This document shows, piece by piece, positions 28,441 to 37,856 of a stretch of 58,840 bases of DNA. The position numbers and the translations under genes were made by a program. The notes under the pieces were generated by a model that was given only the letters and a program-made list of their open reading frames with translations, was not told where the DNA came from and did not search any database. The number at the start of each line of letters is the position of its first letter. Within the stretch, counting starts at the first letter, position 1. The stretch spans positions 1 to 58,840 of the forward strand of contig CANQZU010000002.1 in the NCBI GenBank assembly GCA_947628415.1. The letters run 5' to 3'. The DNA is from an uncultured Clostridia bacterium (GTDB lineage: Bacteria > Bacillota > Clostridia > TANB77 > CAG-508).

Positions 28441-28829
28441 TAAGGCACAACAAATAATCTATATATTTATATCTGCCTAAATCCCAATTTTATGCTACAT
28501 ATAAAATGTAGATGTACTGCTATTAACTAAATTTTAATAGCTATGCCACAAATATTTGTGGGTAGTTATAGAAAAATCTATAACATAATCTTTATACACA
28601 CTTCTATTTTATAGAGTTTTTTTTGAAAATTCAATAAACGCAAAAAAAAAATTTTTTTGCTTGATTTTTAGGACTTTTTTTAGATTTTTTATAGGGAATA
28701 AAAACTTTTTTTAAAAGAATTCTTGTTATCCTTACTGCAAGAATACTTTTAGCAAATATAAAAAATTTTGCTTCAACATTCCTATTTATCATCAAACTTT
28801 ATAAAATAAGAGCAGAGAGGAGGATTTAT

Positions 28830-29165
28830 ATGGATAAATATTATTTTACTTATTGGATAGCTAAATATGGTAGAAAGAAATTTGAAAATCTAGAAAAAAA
28901 GATTTGTAGGAAAATAACAGTACCTCTAAAAATAAAAAGAGGTTTAGAAACAGATGAGTACTTATTTCATTATTTCTTTATAACCTATTACACTATTGCA
29001 TTACATTACTTTGGTTTAGATACAAAACAAATTGCTATGATGATAGATATTGCATTTGTACCAGGAACATCAAAATTATTTCCACCAGAACATATATTAA
29101 AATTACAAGTAGATGTTATTCCAGAAATAGAGAAATATATTGAAAATGATTTTAAGTGTTATTAG
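28830..29165 (+). CDS. Hypothetical protein
   Basis: ORF with a GAGGAGG RBS. Confidence 0.5.
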   Translation: MDKYYFTYWIAKYGRKKFENLEKKICRKITVPLKIKRGLETDEYLFHYFFITYYTIALHYFGLDTKQIAMMIDIAFVPGTSKLFPPEHILKLQVDVIPEIEKYIENDFKCY

Positions 29166-29176
29166 TCTCATACGAG

Positions 29177-29203
29177 TTACTCTATATATGATATATAGAG
29201 TAA
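29177..29203. repeat. Perfect 13+1+13 palindrome TTACTCTATATAT G ATATATAGAGTAA
   Basis: Read directly from the sequence. Lies between 28830..29165 and the recombinase gene. Confidence 0.8.
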
Positions 29204-29215
29204 TATTATAACAAT

Positions 29216-29333
29216 AAAAAAATGTAACATAAGTACACTTATGATACATTCATAATCCATTTTCGACAAAATTCACTATAAAAATGTAACATAAATGAGT
29301 AAAATGATATTGAAAAAATGTAACATAAATGAA
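29216..29333. repeat. Three direct copies of AAAAATGTAACATAA(ATGA) upstream of the recombinase gene
   Basis: TGTAAC begins at 29223, 29285 and 29319. Copies 2 and 3 share 19 nt. An exact TTCGACA lies between copies at 29262-29268. Confidence 0.75.
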
Positions 29334-29347
29334 AGGGGAGAAAAGAG

Positions 29348-30220
29348 ATGATAGAAAAATTTGTTGAATATATGAAAAGAAAAAGTTTATCAGAAAATAC
29401 ATATAATAGTTACGCTAATGATGTGAAAATATTTAAACAATATTATGAAGATTCCTATGGTGAAGAATTAAATACTCTTGTTCATGCAGATATAAAAATG
29501 TATTGCAATTTCTTGTTAAAAGATAATATTTCAAGTACAAGCATAAATAGAAAACTTGCAGCATTGAAGCAGTATAATTTATTTTTAATAGAGGAAGGCA
29601 TACAGAAAGATATTGTTATATTAGACAAAGACTATATAAAGATTCAAAGATCAATGATAAATAAGATAATTCCATCAGTACAAGAAATAAACAAATTAAA
29701 ACATTTTGCTTGTAGAGATGAGAAAAATGCTAAAAGAGATTTTTGCTTTTTATCAATACTTATCTATGGTGGACTTAGAGAAAGTGAAATAGTTACAATA
29801 AGATTAACAGATATAAAATTAGAAGAAAAGTTTATTAACATTATAGGAAAGGGAAACAAGTTTAGACAGGTAGTAATAAATAATTTAATGTATGATGCTT
29901 TATCAGAATACATAGAAGAAAGAAAATCAATAGATACTATCAATCCTTATTTGTTTGTAGGACAAAAAAACAAAAATAGCAAGGAGCCACTTAATAGGAA
30001 TTTTTGTAATAGATTATTAGATAAATATAAAGATTTATGCAAAATTGAAAAATTGCATCCTCATATGTTAAGGTCATTCTTTTGTTCGAATGCTCTGCAT
30101 AATGCTGGATATAGCATAGACCAAGTTGCAAATCAAGCAGGGCATAGTAGTCTTAACACTACAAAAGGGTATCTTGTTACAAATCAAGAAGATCTAATTT
30201 CTTTAGCTAATAAATTGTAG
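29348..30220 (+). CDS. Tyrosine site-specific recombinase, XerC/D-like
   Basis: N-terminal SAM-like core-binding domain. Catalytic motifs GGLRESE, HPHMLRSFF and GHSSLNTTKGY. Confidence 0.85.
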   Translation: MIEKFVEYMKRKSLSENTYNSYANDVKIFKQYYEDSYGEELNTLVHADIKMYCNFLLKDNISSTSINRKLAALKQYNLFLIEEGIQKDIVILDKDYIKIQRSMINKIIPSVQEINKLKHFACRDEKNAKRDFCFLSILIYGGLRESEIVTIRLTDIKLEEKFINIIGKGNKFRQVVINNLMYDALSEYIEERKSIDTINPYLFVGQKNKNSKEPLNRNFCNRLLDKYKDLCKIEKLHPHMLRSFFCSNALHNAGYSIDQVANQAGHSSLNTTKGYLVTNQEDLISLANKL

Positions 30221-30299
30221 TTTTATATTGAAAAATAGTAGGCTTAAAACCTACTATTTTCTTGTTATTACTCATACATGTAATTTATCTTTGACTTTT

Positions 30300-30791
30300 T
30301 TAAGTACCTTCATCTATCTCTATATAAGCATTTTTTACTATCCCGTTTTCATCAAAATCTATTTTAAGTCGATAAAGTGTTGTACTATAACATTGCCCCC
30401 AAAACCATTCTTTACGTATGTACCCTGCATAATAACCATATGTATAAAAAGCATAATCTGTATGAAAAGCTTTTTTATCAGTAATTTTATATAATGGCTC
30501 TCCTAATAACTCAACAACAGCTTCTTCTGATAATCCTATAAGGCTTTTATTATCAATCATTTCTTTTATTTTTATATATGAATTATCAATTATTTCATTT
30601 TTGTAAGTATTTAACATAAAAAATGTGCAAGTTATAATAATTACAATTAATATTATTTTAAATATTATACTTATAGATTCTTTTTTCAATATCCATATAG
30701 TAATAAATAAAGCTAATACTAATACTACTTGTTCTATGTGCTTTATAAATATCATAAAAACTATCCCTAAAATACTAATAATAATTTCCAT
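30300..30791 (-). CDS. Membrane protein, hypothetical
   Basis: Two or three N-terminal TM helices followed by a soluble domain. Confidence 0.5.
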   Translation of the reverse strand: MEIIISILGIVFMIFIKHIEQVVLVLALFITIWILKKESISIIFKIILIVIIITCTFFMLNTYKNEIIDNSYIKIKEMIDNKSLIGLSEEAVVELLGEPLYKITDKKAFHTDYAFYTYGYYAGYIRKEWFWGQCYSTTLYRLKIDFDENGIVKNAYIEIDEGT

Positions 30792-30824
30792 CTTTAACTT
30801 CCTTACAACTTACTATTTGTCTAG

Positions 30825-31046
30825 TTAATTATTTTCATTTTTAGATAAATCATCTATTATATTATTATATCTAATTATTTCTTTTGATAAATCCCCATTT
30901 TTAGTACTTTGGTTCATAATATAAGAACAAACATTATTTAAAGCATTTCTTATTTCATCTGGCGAATAATTTTTATCTTCTATCATAACATTTGCCTGCT
31001 GTAATAAATTTTGTTTTTCTATTGAAAAGTCCTTTTTAAAGTTCAT
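30825..31046 (-). CDS. Small hypothetical protein
   Basis: Start moved to MNFKKDFSIEKQ (ATG 31046), after an AAAGGAG RBS. Confidence 0.45.
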   Translation of the reverse strand: MNFKKDFSIEKQNLLQQANVMIEDKNYSPDEIRNALNNVCSYIMNQSTKNGDLSKEIIRYNNIIDDLSKNENN

Positions 31047-31113
31047 TTTTTTGCTCCTTTTATAATTGATATTCTTTGTATAATATAACACAAAAGATAG
31101 CAATATTCAAATG

Positions 31114-31461
31114 CTATCTTTCTATTTTTTTATTCACATAGCTTCTTATTGTACATAAACACTTATAGTACATTTTTAATTCTTCTTTATCACTTCTATC
31201 GATAATATTGTGCATATTTTCTGTTATTTGTAATTTATTATTTTCACCTTTACCATATAGAATATAGTCTACATCAACACCAGTTGCTGAAGCAATCATA
31301 TCTAATGAAGATAAACTAATTAAAAAATCGCCACGTTCTACTTGTCCAATGTGCCTTTCCGTTAAATTACATCTACTACCAAATTTTTCTCTTGATTCTT
31401 CGAAAATTTCTTCCCTAACTTTTCGTATCCTAGCTCCAATCATTACTTTATCTAATGCCAT
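31114..31461 (-). CDS. XRE-family HTH regulator (position like Tn916 orf9)
   Basis: IGARIRKVREE...SREKFGSRCNLTERHIGQVERGDFLISLSSLDMIASATGVDVDYILYG. Confidence 0.75.
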   Translation of the reverse strand: MALDKVMIGARIRKVREEIFEESREKFGSRCNLTERHIGQVERGDFLISLSSLDMIASATGVDVDYILYGKGENNKLQITENMHNIIDRSDKEELKMYYKCLCTIRSYVNKKIER

Positions 31462-31553
31462 CTTATCCCCCCTTGAGTAATGTATTTATTTAAGTATATT
31501 TTACATTCTTTTTCAAAAACATTGTATACTTTATTACTGTATTTTTTTGTGCT

Positions 31554-31580
31554 TTGTCAAAGTATGTCAAATTTTGTCAA
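31554..31580. promoter_or_regulatory. Three TGTCAA repeats at exact 10-bp spacing in the divergent control region
   Basis: TTGTCAA at 31554-31560, ATGTCAA at 31564-31570 and TTGTCAA at 31574-31580. An exact TTCGACA lies at 31654-31660. Confidence 0.55.
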
Positions 31581-31902
31581 AACACACTATAAGTGCAAGA
31601 CAGGGATTTCGCCGTTTTTAAAGTTACAGGTTTCGATAAAAACACGGCTAAAATTCGACAATTTTTTTATTTGTTGTACTTTATACTTTTGACAGGGCTA
31701 ATGTACCTGTTTTAAGTAACATAATGCAGAAGATGTATTGTAGAGATACTTAAGATGATGCTTTATATGTTTACACAGGACATTATGCCCTTTTTTGTAA
31801 ATAAGAACTAAACTAAAATCAATTTTTTGAAAGGAGGTTTTTATTTTTGTGTTCCTTATAACAGGAATGTTAGTCCAAATTTGATATTTGGGAGGAACAC
31901 TT

Positions 31903-32313
31903 ATGTTAGAAAATCAAAAAAGTGTAAATGACAAAAGGTTTGATAGTTACCTAAATAAAATTATCATTTTCACATCTAAAAAGTATTTCAAAAGGCAAAT
32001 GAAAATTGCAAATAATGAAAAAATTATTGTAGATGATGAAGACTATGCCTCATTTCTACAGAATTTTCTTATGGTTAATTGTGCCTTTTCTACTGTTGAT
32101 GATTTTGAGGAGAATACAGAATTAAATAATGCCTTGCAATCGCTGTCTGCCATTGAGCAGTCGGTGATTTTTTTGCTTTTTAAGGAAGAATTAAATCAAG
32201 ATGAAGCAGCTAAAATTTTAGAAATATGCTCAAAATCAGTAAGTAGAATTAAATTAAGAGCCATAGAAAAATTAAGAAAATATTTGAAAGGAGATTTGAA
32301 AAATGAAAAATAA
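31903..32313 (+). CDS. Sigma-70 region-4-like HTH protein (Tn916 orf7-like position)
   Basis: GGGAGG RBS and ATG 31903. Region LSAIEQSVIFLLFKEELNQDEAAKILEICSKSVSRIKLRAIEKLRKYL. Confidence 0.6.
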   Translation: MLENQKSVNDKRFDSYLNKIIIFTSKKYFKRQMKIANNEKIIVDDEDYASFLQNFLMVNCAFSTVDDFEENTELNNALQSLSAIEQSVIFLLFKEELNQDEAAKILEICSKSVSRIKLRAIEKLRKYLKGDLKNEK

Positions 32314-32482
32314 AACACTATATGAATTAGGTAAATTAGCACAGAAAGGTAATGAAATGGCCATGATGGAAATTATCGAAAGAAAAAAGCAAATGCTAAA
32401 AAGATACAGTTTTGGAGATGAAGATACATATCAATTTATTATTTTAAAAATGATTGAAGGAATAAAAAATTATAAATTTTAA
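32303..32482 (+). CDS. Small protein (59 aa), Tn916 orf8-like position
   Basis: My own translation gives MKNKTLYELGKLAQKGNEMAMMEIIERKKQMLKRYSFGDEDTYQFIILKMIEGIKNYKF. It overlaps the previous stop. Confidence 0.45.
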   Translation: MKNKTLYELGKLAQKGNEMAMMEIIERKKQMLKRYSFGDEDTYQFIILKMIEGIKNYKF

Positions 32483-32631
32483 AAATTTTTTCATCTCGGT
32501 AGAATTTTAAAAATTAAAAGGATCTATATATAAGGAAGGGCAAATTTTAAAGGAAGCACTATATTAGAAAAAAGACAGGTAGGACATGCTCTTATCTGTC
32601 TTTCCTTAATTTTATGAAAGGAGAATATAAA

Positions 32632-32802
32632 ATGTTTTTAAGATTTGTATTATTAGGGATAGCTTTTATTGTAATCTTATTCATATTTGAATTTCTTATA
32701 CCAAAAATAAAATTAAAAATTAGATTACATAGAGAGTTAAAGATAAAGAAACAAAGAGAAGAAGCATTTAGGAAAAAGATGAAAGAATTAGAAATTAAAT
32801 AG
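32632..32802 (+). CDS. Small single-pass membrane protein
   Basis: AAAGGAG RBS and ATG 32632 (MFLRFVLLGIAFIVILFIFEFLI..). Confidence 0.4.
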   Translation: MFLRFVLLGIAFIVILFIFEFLIPKIKLKIRLHRELKIKKQREEAFRKKMKELEIK

Positions 32803-32865
32803 GATTTCTAATAGTTTTGTCATTTCTAAAAAGTGTCGACAAAAAATTAACCAAAGGTGGAATAC

Positions 32866-33288
32866 ATGGAAACATCAAAAGAAAATATTATAAATTTATT
32901 TTATGCTGAGCATTTAAAAGTAAATGAAATAGCACAGGAATTAAATGTTTCATCAGCATATATAACAAAGGTAATAAAACAGGATAATAGGTATTTACAA
33001 GAAAAGGAATATAGAAAATCCTTATCAAAAGCAAAACGAAAAATTTCTCAAAATAACTTTATTAAAGCTAAAAGAGAAAGAAAACGAATAGAAGATAATT
33101 ACATGATTTTACAAGAAAAACATAAACAAGCATCCAAGGAATTATCAAAATCAAGATATTTAACAAATGAGAATTTTAGAAAATGGAATACTAGTGCCTA
33201 TAAATATAACCCTTCAAAAAGGCGATATGAATTTGACAATAAACTTGGTCGATCTTATGCCATACCAAAATATATAAAGGAGAGGTAA
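32866..33288 (+). CDS. Putative HTH DNA-binding protein
   Basis: N-terminal LKVNEIAQELNVSSAYITKVIK, followed by a basic tail. Confidence 0.5.
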   Translation: METSKENIINLFYAEHLKVNEIAQELNVSSAYITKVIKQDNRYLQEKEYRKSLSKAKRKISQNNFIKAKRERKRIEDNYMILQEKHKQASKELSKSRYLTNENFRKWNTSAYKYNPSKRRYEFDNKLGRSYAIPKYIKER

Positions 33289-33295
33289 AAATAAT

Positions 33296-33541
33296 ATGGA
33301 AGAAAATTTGTTAAAAATATTTAAGTTGGCTGATACGTTAAACGAAAAACAAAATAAGGTATATGCAGAAATTAAATATACAGCTGATGATAGAAAAAGA
33401 CTAATAATATCCATTATATCAAAAAAGGATTTTTGTTATTTAGAAAGATGTGAAATTCAATTAGCTAGAAATCCTTTATTAAAATGGAATAATATCATTG
33501 ATTTATTTAAAAATTATGTGGGAGGGTGTAATAATGAATAA
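33296..33541 (+). CDS. Hypothetical protein
   Basis: ORF with a GGAGAGG RBS. Confidence 0.45.
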   Translation: MEENLLKIFKLADTLNEKQNKVYAEIKYTADDRKRLIISIISKKDFCYLERCEIQLARNPLLKWNNIIDLFKNYVGGCNNE

Positions 33542-33758
33542 AAAGGATTCTGTCGCTTATGCTCAAATTACATTAAATTATATGCAAAGTTCAAAGTATG
33601 ATGGAGAAATTAACCCAGAAACTTTTGGTGTTGAAATGAGACAAGCGTTTAAATTATATCCTCGTAGCCTTGTTTTAACCATTGCAGATGCACAAATCAA
33701 GGCAGCTAAAAAAATAAATGCTAAGAAAAATGGAAGTGGTAACATTGTGCGAAAATGA
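33534..33758 (+). CDS. Hypothetical protein
   Basis: GGAGGG RBS and ATG 33534 (MNKKDSVAYAQ..). Confidence 0.45.
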   Translation: MNKKDSVAYAQITLNYMQSSKYDGEINPETFGVEMRQAFKLYPRSLVLTIADAQIKAAKKINAKKNGSGNIVRK

Positions 33759-33963
33759 AAAAGATGAAATAAAGTACTATGAAATGTTATTAAAAGATTA
33801 TCCAGATATTATAAAAGTAAATACATTAAGAGAAATTTTACCAAAAACAGGTAAAAATAAAATATATAAGTTATTGCAAGATAAAAAGATACATTCAAGA
33901 AGAATTGGAAGAGACTATTACATCCCTAAGATCAGTGTTATCAAGTATTTTATGGAAAAATAA
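33718..33963 (+). CDS. xis: Excisionase-family HTH protein
   Basis: IIKVNTLREILPKTGKNKIYKLLQDKKIHSRRIGRDYYIPK, directly upstream of the integrase gene. Confidence 0.6.
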   Translation: MLRKMEVVTLCENEKDEIKYYEMLLKDYPDIIKVNTLREILPKTGKNKIYKLLQDKKIHSRRIGRDYYIPKISVIKYFMEK

Positions 33964-34060
33964 AAAAGAGTTCTTCAACATTGTTAGGCAAGTTAGGATT
34001 ATGTTATAATCATTTTATGTGATTAGATAAATTTAACTTGCTTTTTAAGAAAGGAGAAGT

Positions 34061-35491
34061 ATGTTAGAAGAAGCAAGATATCAAAAATTAATTAAAAGGA
34101 TAAAGGATTTAACAAGGAAATATGGAATATCAGAAGATATTTCTTATTCTTTACAGGAAAAAGATAATATATATCAATGTGTAATCAGATATCAGAAAAA
34201 TGAAAGATGGAATCAATTATGGTCATCTACTGGTTTAAAAGTAGAAAAGGGAAATTTAAGAAATGCAAAAAAAACAGCAGAAGAAATAGCTAATTTATTT
34301 AAACAAACGGTAAGAGAAAATAATATTGAAAGAAAAAAACAAAATATTGATATTATTGATTTTCAAAGTATAGTTGAATTAAACACAACGAATTATAATA
34401 CAAATAAAACAACAAAGGCAGATTGGGATTTTTACAAATACATGGAATTTTGGTTGTATAAAGTAATTAAAAAGTCAGTAGATTTAGATACATTTAATGG
34501 TTATGAAAGAAATGTCACTAGGAGAATGAAAGACTATTTCATAATGGATGAACACAAAAAAGCAGTAAAAGAGATAACCGCAGATGACTTAGAAGATTTT
34601 TATGATTATTTAAGAGACAATAATTTAAAAAATTCAACCATAGATCACTATAATGATAATATTAGTAGTGCTTTTAAATATTTATTAAGGAAAAAAGTAG
34701 TACGATACAATCCAACTGATTTAATTGAGCCAATTACTGTAGAAGTAGTAGAAGTAAATACTTATAATAAAAAAGAAATATCAGAATTATTTGAAATTTT
34801 AAAAGGAGATCCCATAGAACTGGCTACATATATTGATGCATATTACGGATTAAGAAGAAGTGAAATAATTGGATTAAGAGAGCAAGTATTTGATTTTGAA
34901 AATGATAACTTTATTATTAATCATGTAGCAATACAAAATGATGGAAAAAATAACAAAGAAAAAGTATATTTTAAAGATAAAACAAAATCAAAAAAAGGTT
35001 ATAGAAGTTTTCCGTTATTCCCAGGAATAAAAAGAATGATTTTAAAAAAACTAGAAAGAATTGAAGAATGTAAAAAAATTTTTGGTAATTCGTATAATCA
35101 TAAATATGATGGATATATTTTTGTCCATGATAATGGAGATATAATACAACCCAATTATTTTACAAAAAGATTTGATAAAATCATAAAAAGAAATGGCTTG
35201 AAAAAAATAACACCTCATGGATTAAGGCATAGTATAGCAACTTTATTACATTTAGAAGGAGTAGATATTAGAGATTTACAAGATTGGTTAGGGCATCAAA
35301 ATATTAGTTCTACTAATAGATATACTAGAAGTGATTACAAGAAACAAGTTGCGACTGCTAATGTTGTAGCAAAAATATTTGGAGATTTTAATATTGATAT
35401 GGAGAGTAAAAAAACAAAAAGATTTATTGTTAAAAAAAAGAATATTCATACCCCACATATGAATATTCCAAGTAATTTAGGTGGTTTATAG
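34061..35491 (+). CDS. int: Tyrosine integrase (Tn916 Int-like class)
   Basis: [19 protein letters not shown] and [13 protein letters not shown]. It has a long N-terminal arm-binding region and lies adjacent to the tRNA fragment. Confidence 0.85.
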   Translation: MLEEARYQKLIKRIKDLTRKYGISEDISYSLQEKDNIYQCVIRYQKNERWNQLWSSTGLKVEKGNLRNAKKTAEEIANLFKQTVRENNIERKKQNIDIIDFQSIVELNTTNYNTNKTTKADWDFYKYMEFWLYKVIKKSVDLDTFNGYERNVTRRMKDYFIMDEHKKAVKEITADDLEDFYDYLRDNNLKNSTIDHYNDNISSAFKYLLRKKVVRYNPTDLIEPITVEVVEVNTYNKKEISELFEILKGDPIELATYIDAYYGLRRSEIIGLREQVFDFENDNFIINHVAIQNDGKNNKEKVYFKDKTKSKKGYRSFPLFPGIKRMILKKLERIEECKKIFGNSYNHKYDGYIFVHDNGDIIQPNYFTKRFDKIIKRNGLKKITPHGLRHSIATLLHLEGVDIRDLQDWLGHQNISSTNRYTRSDYKKQVATANVVAKIFGDFNIDMESKKTKRFIVKKKNIHTPHMNIPSNLGGL

Positions 35492-35545
35492 TTATTAGAT
35501 TTTGTTAGAGATTTTGTTAGAGAAATTCTACCAAAACTCTGAAAA

Positions 35546-35590
35546 TGGTGAGCCAGGAGGGGTTCGAACCCCCGACCCCAGGCTTAGAAG
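35546..35590 (-). tRNA. 3' 45 nt of a tRNA-Arg(UCU) gene (anticodon loop to CCA); att-site remnant, not a functional tRNA
   Basis: Minus strand reads CTTCTAA GCCTG GGGTC GGGGG TTCGAAC CCCTC CTGGCTC A CCA. The T-arm folds. Upstream sequence cannot pair to form the anticodon or acceptor stems. Confidence 0.7.
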
Positions 35591-35720
35591 TCAATGACTT
35601 CAACTTTTACCTGTTCACCTTCTCTTTTAACTGTCATCTATTATACCCTATAAAATAAGGGCTGTCAAGAGATTTTTTTGAAAAAACATTGATATTTTGC
35701 GAAAGCAAAAAAATAAAAAA

Positions 35721-35813
35721 TCTAAAAAGTTTTTTAGATATATTTTAGATAAATCCACAAAAATCATGAAAAAAACATCAAATTTTGATAAATTTAATTA
35801 AAAATTTTAGATA
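35721..35813. repeat. Iteron-like TTTTAGATA repeats upstream of the DnaD-like initiator gene
   Basis: TTTTAGATA at 35732-35740, 35743-35751 and 35805-35813. An inverted copy ATCTAAAAA lies at ~35720-35728. Flanking palindromes are TTTTGCgaaaGCAAAA, and TAAAATGC paired with GCATTTTA. Confidence 0.5.
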
Positions 35814-35887
35814 TTTAAAATGCTGATTTGCTTACTGATTACTGCATTTTAAAGATTTTAAAAATATTTTTTGAAAGGAAGATTTCA

Positions 35888-36010
35888 ATGTTTTGGTTAG
35901 GATTAATAATTGGACTTGTATTAGGTGCTAATATAAGTCTTTTTTTGTATGCAATTATTTTAACTGGAAAAAGATCAGATGAGGCTTTGGAAAGGAGGAA
36001 TATAAAATGA
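35888..36010 (+). CDS. Small membrane protein (40 aa)
   Basis: GAAAGGAAG RBS and ATG 35888 (MFWLGLIIGLVLGANISLFLYAIIL..). Confidence 0.4.
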   Translation: MFWLGLIIGLVLGANISLFLYAIILTGKRSDEALERRNIK

Positions 36011-36834
36011 TTTTAGCGAGTTTATTATCAAGTAGTAGTTTTATAATGACAAATAAGATATTGATTAAAGCAGTTGGAACAGATGCAGCAATAATATTGG
36101 GAGAATTATGTTCTGAATATAATTATTGGGAACAAAGAGATGAATTATTAAATGGAAAATGGTTTTATTCTACAAGGGAGAATATTGAAGATAATACTGG
36201 ATTATCAGAATACAGACAAAGAGTAGCCATTAATAAACTGATAAAAATAGGATTAGTTGAAACTAAAAAAATGGGAATACCTTGTAAAATATATTATAAA
36301 TTAAATGAAATGAACATTTTAAATTGTTATAGAGATACACAAGAAAACTTGCTGAAAAGCCCTAAAAATTCAGTACCTAAAAATTTAGGTAACAAGAACT
36401 TAAAAAGTGATGTAACAAGAAATGAAGAAATTGAACAACAAGACATTGAAAATTTTGACATAAATAATAATAAAAATAAAAATAATGAAAATCACACACA
36501 CGAGCTTTCGCCAATCGAAGAAAAAAAAGAATATGCTACCCAAGTGAAAATGACAGAAAAAGAATATCAAGACCTAATTGATACTTATGGTGAGAATATG
36601 ACAAAACAATTAATTGAACAATTAAGTTTGTATAAACAAGCTAAAGGAAAAAGCTACGAAAGTGATTATGCAGCTATACTCTATTGGGTTACTGAAAGAG
36701 TAAGAGAATTAGAAAAAAAAGATGCAAATTATAAAGAATTCAAAAATAGAAAAAGTACAAATATTAATAAAAAAACAAATTTTGAACAGAGGGATTATCC
36801 CCCTGATTTTTTTGATTCTTTATATTGCAATTAA
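36007..36834 (+). CDS. DnaD-domain / replisome-organizer-like replication initiation protein
   Basis: N-terminal winged-helix-like region (..RQRVAINKLIKIGLVETKK). C-terminal DnaD-like motif (YESDYAAILYWVTERV). Confidence 0.6.
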   Translation: MILASLLSSSSFIMTNKILIKAVGTDAAIILGELCSEYNYWEQRDELLNGKWFYSTRENIEDNTGLSEYRQRVAINKLIKIGLVETKKMGIPCKIYYKLNEMNILNCYRDTQENLLKSPKNSVPKNLGNKNLKSDVTRNEEIEQQDIENFDINNNKNKNNENHTHELSPIEEKKEYATQVKMTEKEYQDLIDTYGENMTKQLIEQLSLYKQAKGKSYESDYAAILYWVTERVRELEKKDANYKEFKNRKSTNINKKTNFEQRDYPPDFFDSLYCN

Positions 36835-36855
36835 TAATTGGAGGTAAAAAAGTTT

Positions 36856-37401
36856 ATGAAAAATTTAATAAAAAAGTATTATGAAATGGATAATGAGGTC
36901 AGAGATGACCTAGAATTATTATATATTTATCAAACATTAATTTCTTTGTTTAGTGAGTATGAAAATGTTAAAATTAATACAATTGGAGATTTAGAAAAAT
37001 TAATGCACATTATACAAAAATGTATGATTATAACTGATTTTTCAGCAGATTGTATTGTTACAAATATGCTTGAAGTTTTAGAGGCACAAGATATTACAAT
37101 AAAAGACTTATATGACTTAGAAATAGATGATTTATTAGAGGTTTTATTTACAGATGTTGAAGATGATAATGATGAAGATTGTCAAAATGAAAACTTACAA
37201 AATAATGAGGATAATAAACAAGAAATTCTTTCAGAGTTTTCTTATGGAAATTATTATTGTATATTCTGTCAGAACCGAGATAAATATTTATTAATTATAA
37301 ATAAAGGCGAGAATTCTGATGTAATAGTTATAAATAGCATTAATGAAATATTTGATGGAACTTTTCAAAGAAAGTTAGCAGAGTTAAAATTAGATGAATG
37401 A
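36856..37401 (+). CDS. Acidic hypothetical protein
   Basis: ORF; the start is ambiguous (TTG 36838 or ATG 36856). Confidence 0.45.
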   Translation: MKNLIKKYYEMDNEVRDDLELLYIYQTLISLFSEYENVKINTIGDLEKLMHIIQKCMIITDFSADCIVTNMLEVLEAQDITIKDLYDLEIDDLLEVLFTDVEDDNDEDCQNENLQNNEDNKQEILSEFSYGNYYCIFCQNRDKYLLIINKGENSDVIVINSINEIFDGTFQRKLAELKLDE

Positions 37402-37834
37402 TTTAACAATATCTAGCACATATAAAAAAATTGAATATTATTTATATAATTATGATTTTATTGATGCTAAAATTAATATTCTAAAAACAGAAATGTCAGA
37501 TTCAGAATATAATCAAAATTACACCAGATGGATAAAAAATAAAAGTAGTAGCCTTGAAGATTTAGTAATAAGAAATATGGATATTGAGAGAAAAATTTTA
37601 AAACTTAGTAAGTGGAAAAAATTAATTGATACTACTTTAAAACGATATGAACAGACTAATCAATTATTTTATAATTTCATCCACTTAAAATATTTTCTTA
37701 AATTTGATTCTTCTGCAATTGAAGAAAAGTTAAAATTAAGTGAGAAAGAAAGAAAAGATATACAAGCAAAAATTTTGCAGTATATCTTTTCTCTTGCTAT
37801 AAAAAATAATATGCTAAAGGAGGTGAACACTTAG
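37394..37834 (+). CDS. Putative RinA/ArpU-like (sigma-related) transcriptional activator
   Basis: N-terminal KKIEYYLYNYDFIDAKINILKTEM pattern. Weak assignment, by recall. Confidence 0.35.
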   Translation: MNDLTISSTYKKIEYYLYNYDFIDAKINILKTEMSDSEYNQNYTRWIKNKSSSLEDLVIRNMDIERKILKLSKWKKLIDTTLKRYEQTNQLFYNFIHLKYFLKFDSSAIEEKLKLSEKERKDIQAKILQYIFSLAIKNNMLKEVNT

Positions 37835-37856
37835 AAATATAAAAAGGAAGGAGTTG

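Noticed and set aside
35546-35650. A complete tRNA gene on the minus strand
   Set aside because: Only the segment from the anticodon loop to CCA fits. The upstream sequence (..GTCATTGA) cannot pair with GCCTG or with the acceptor 3' strand CTGGCTC.
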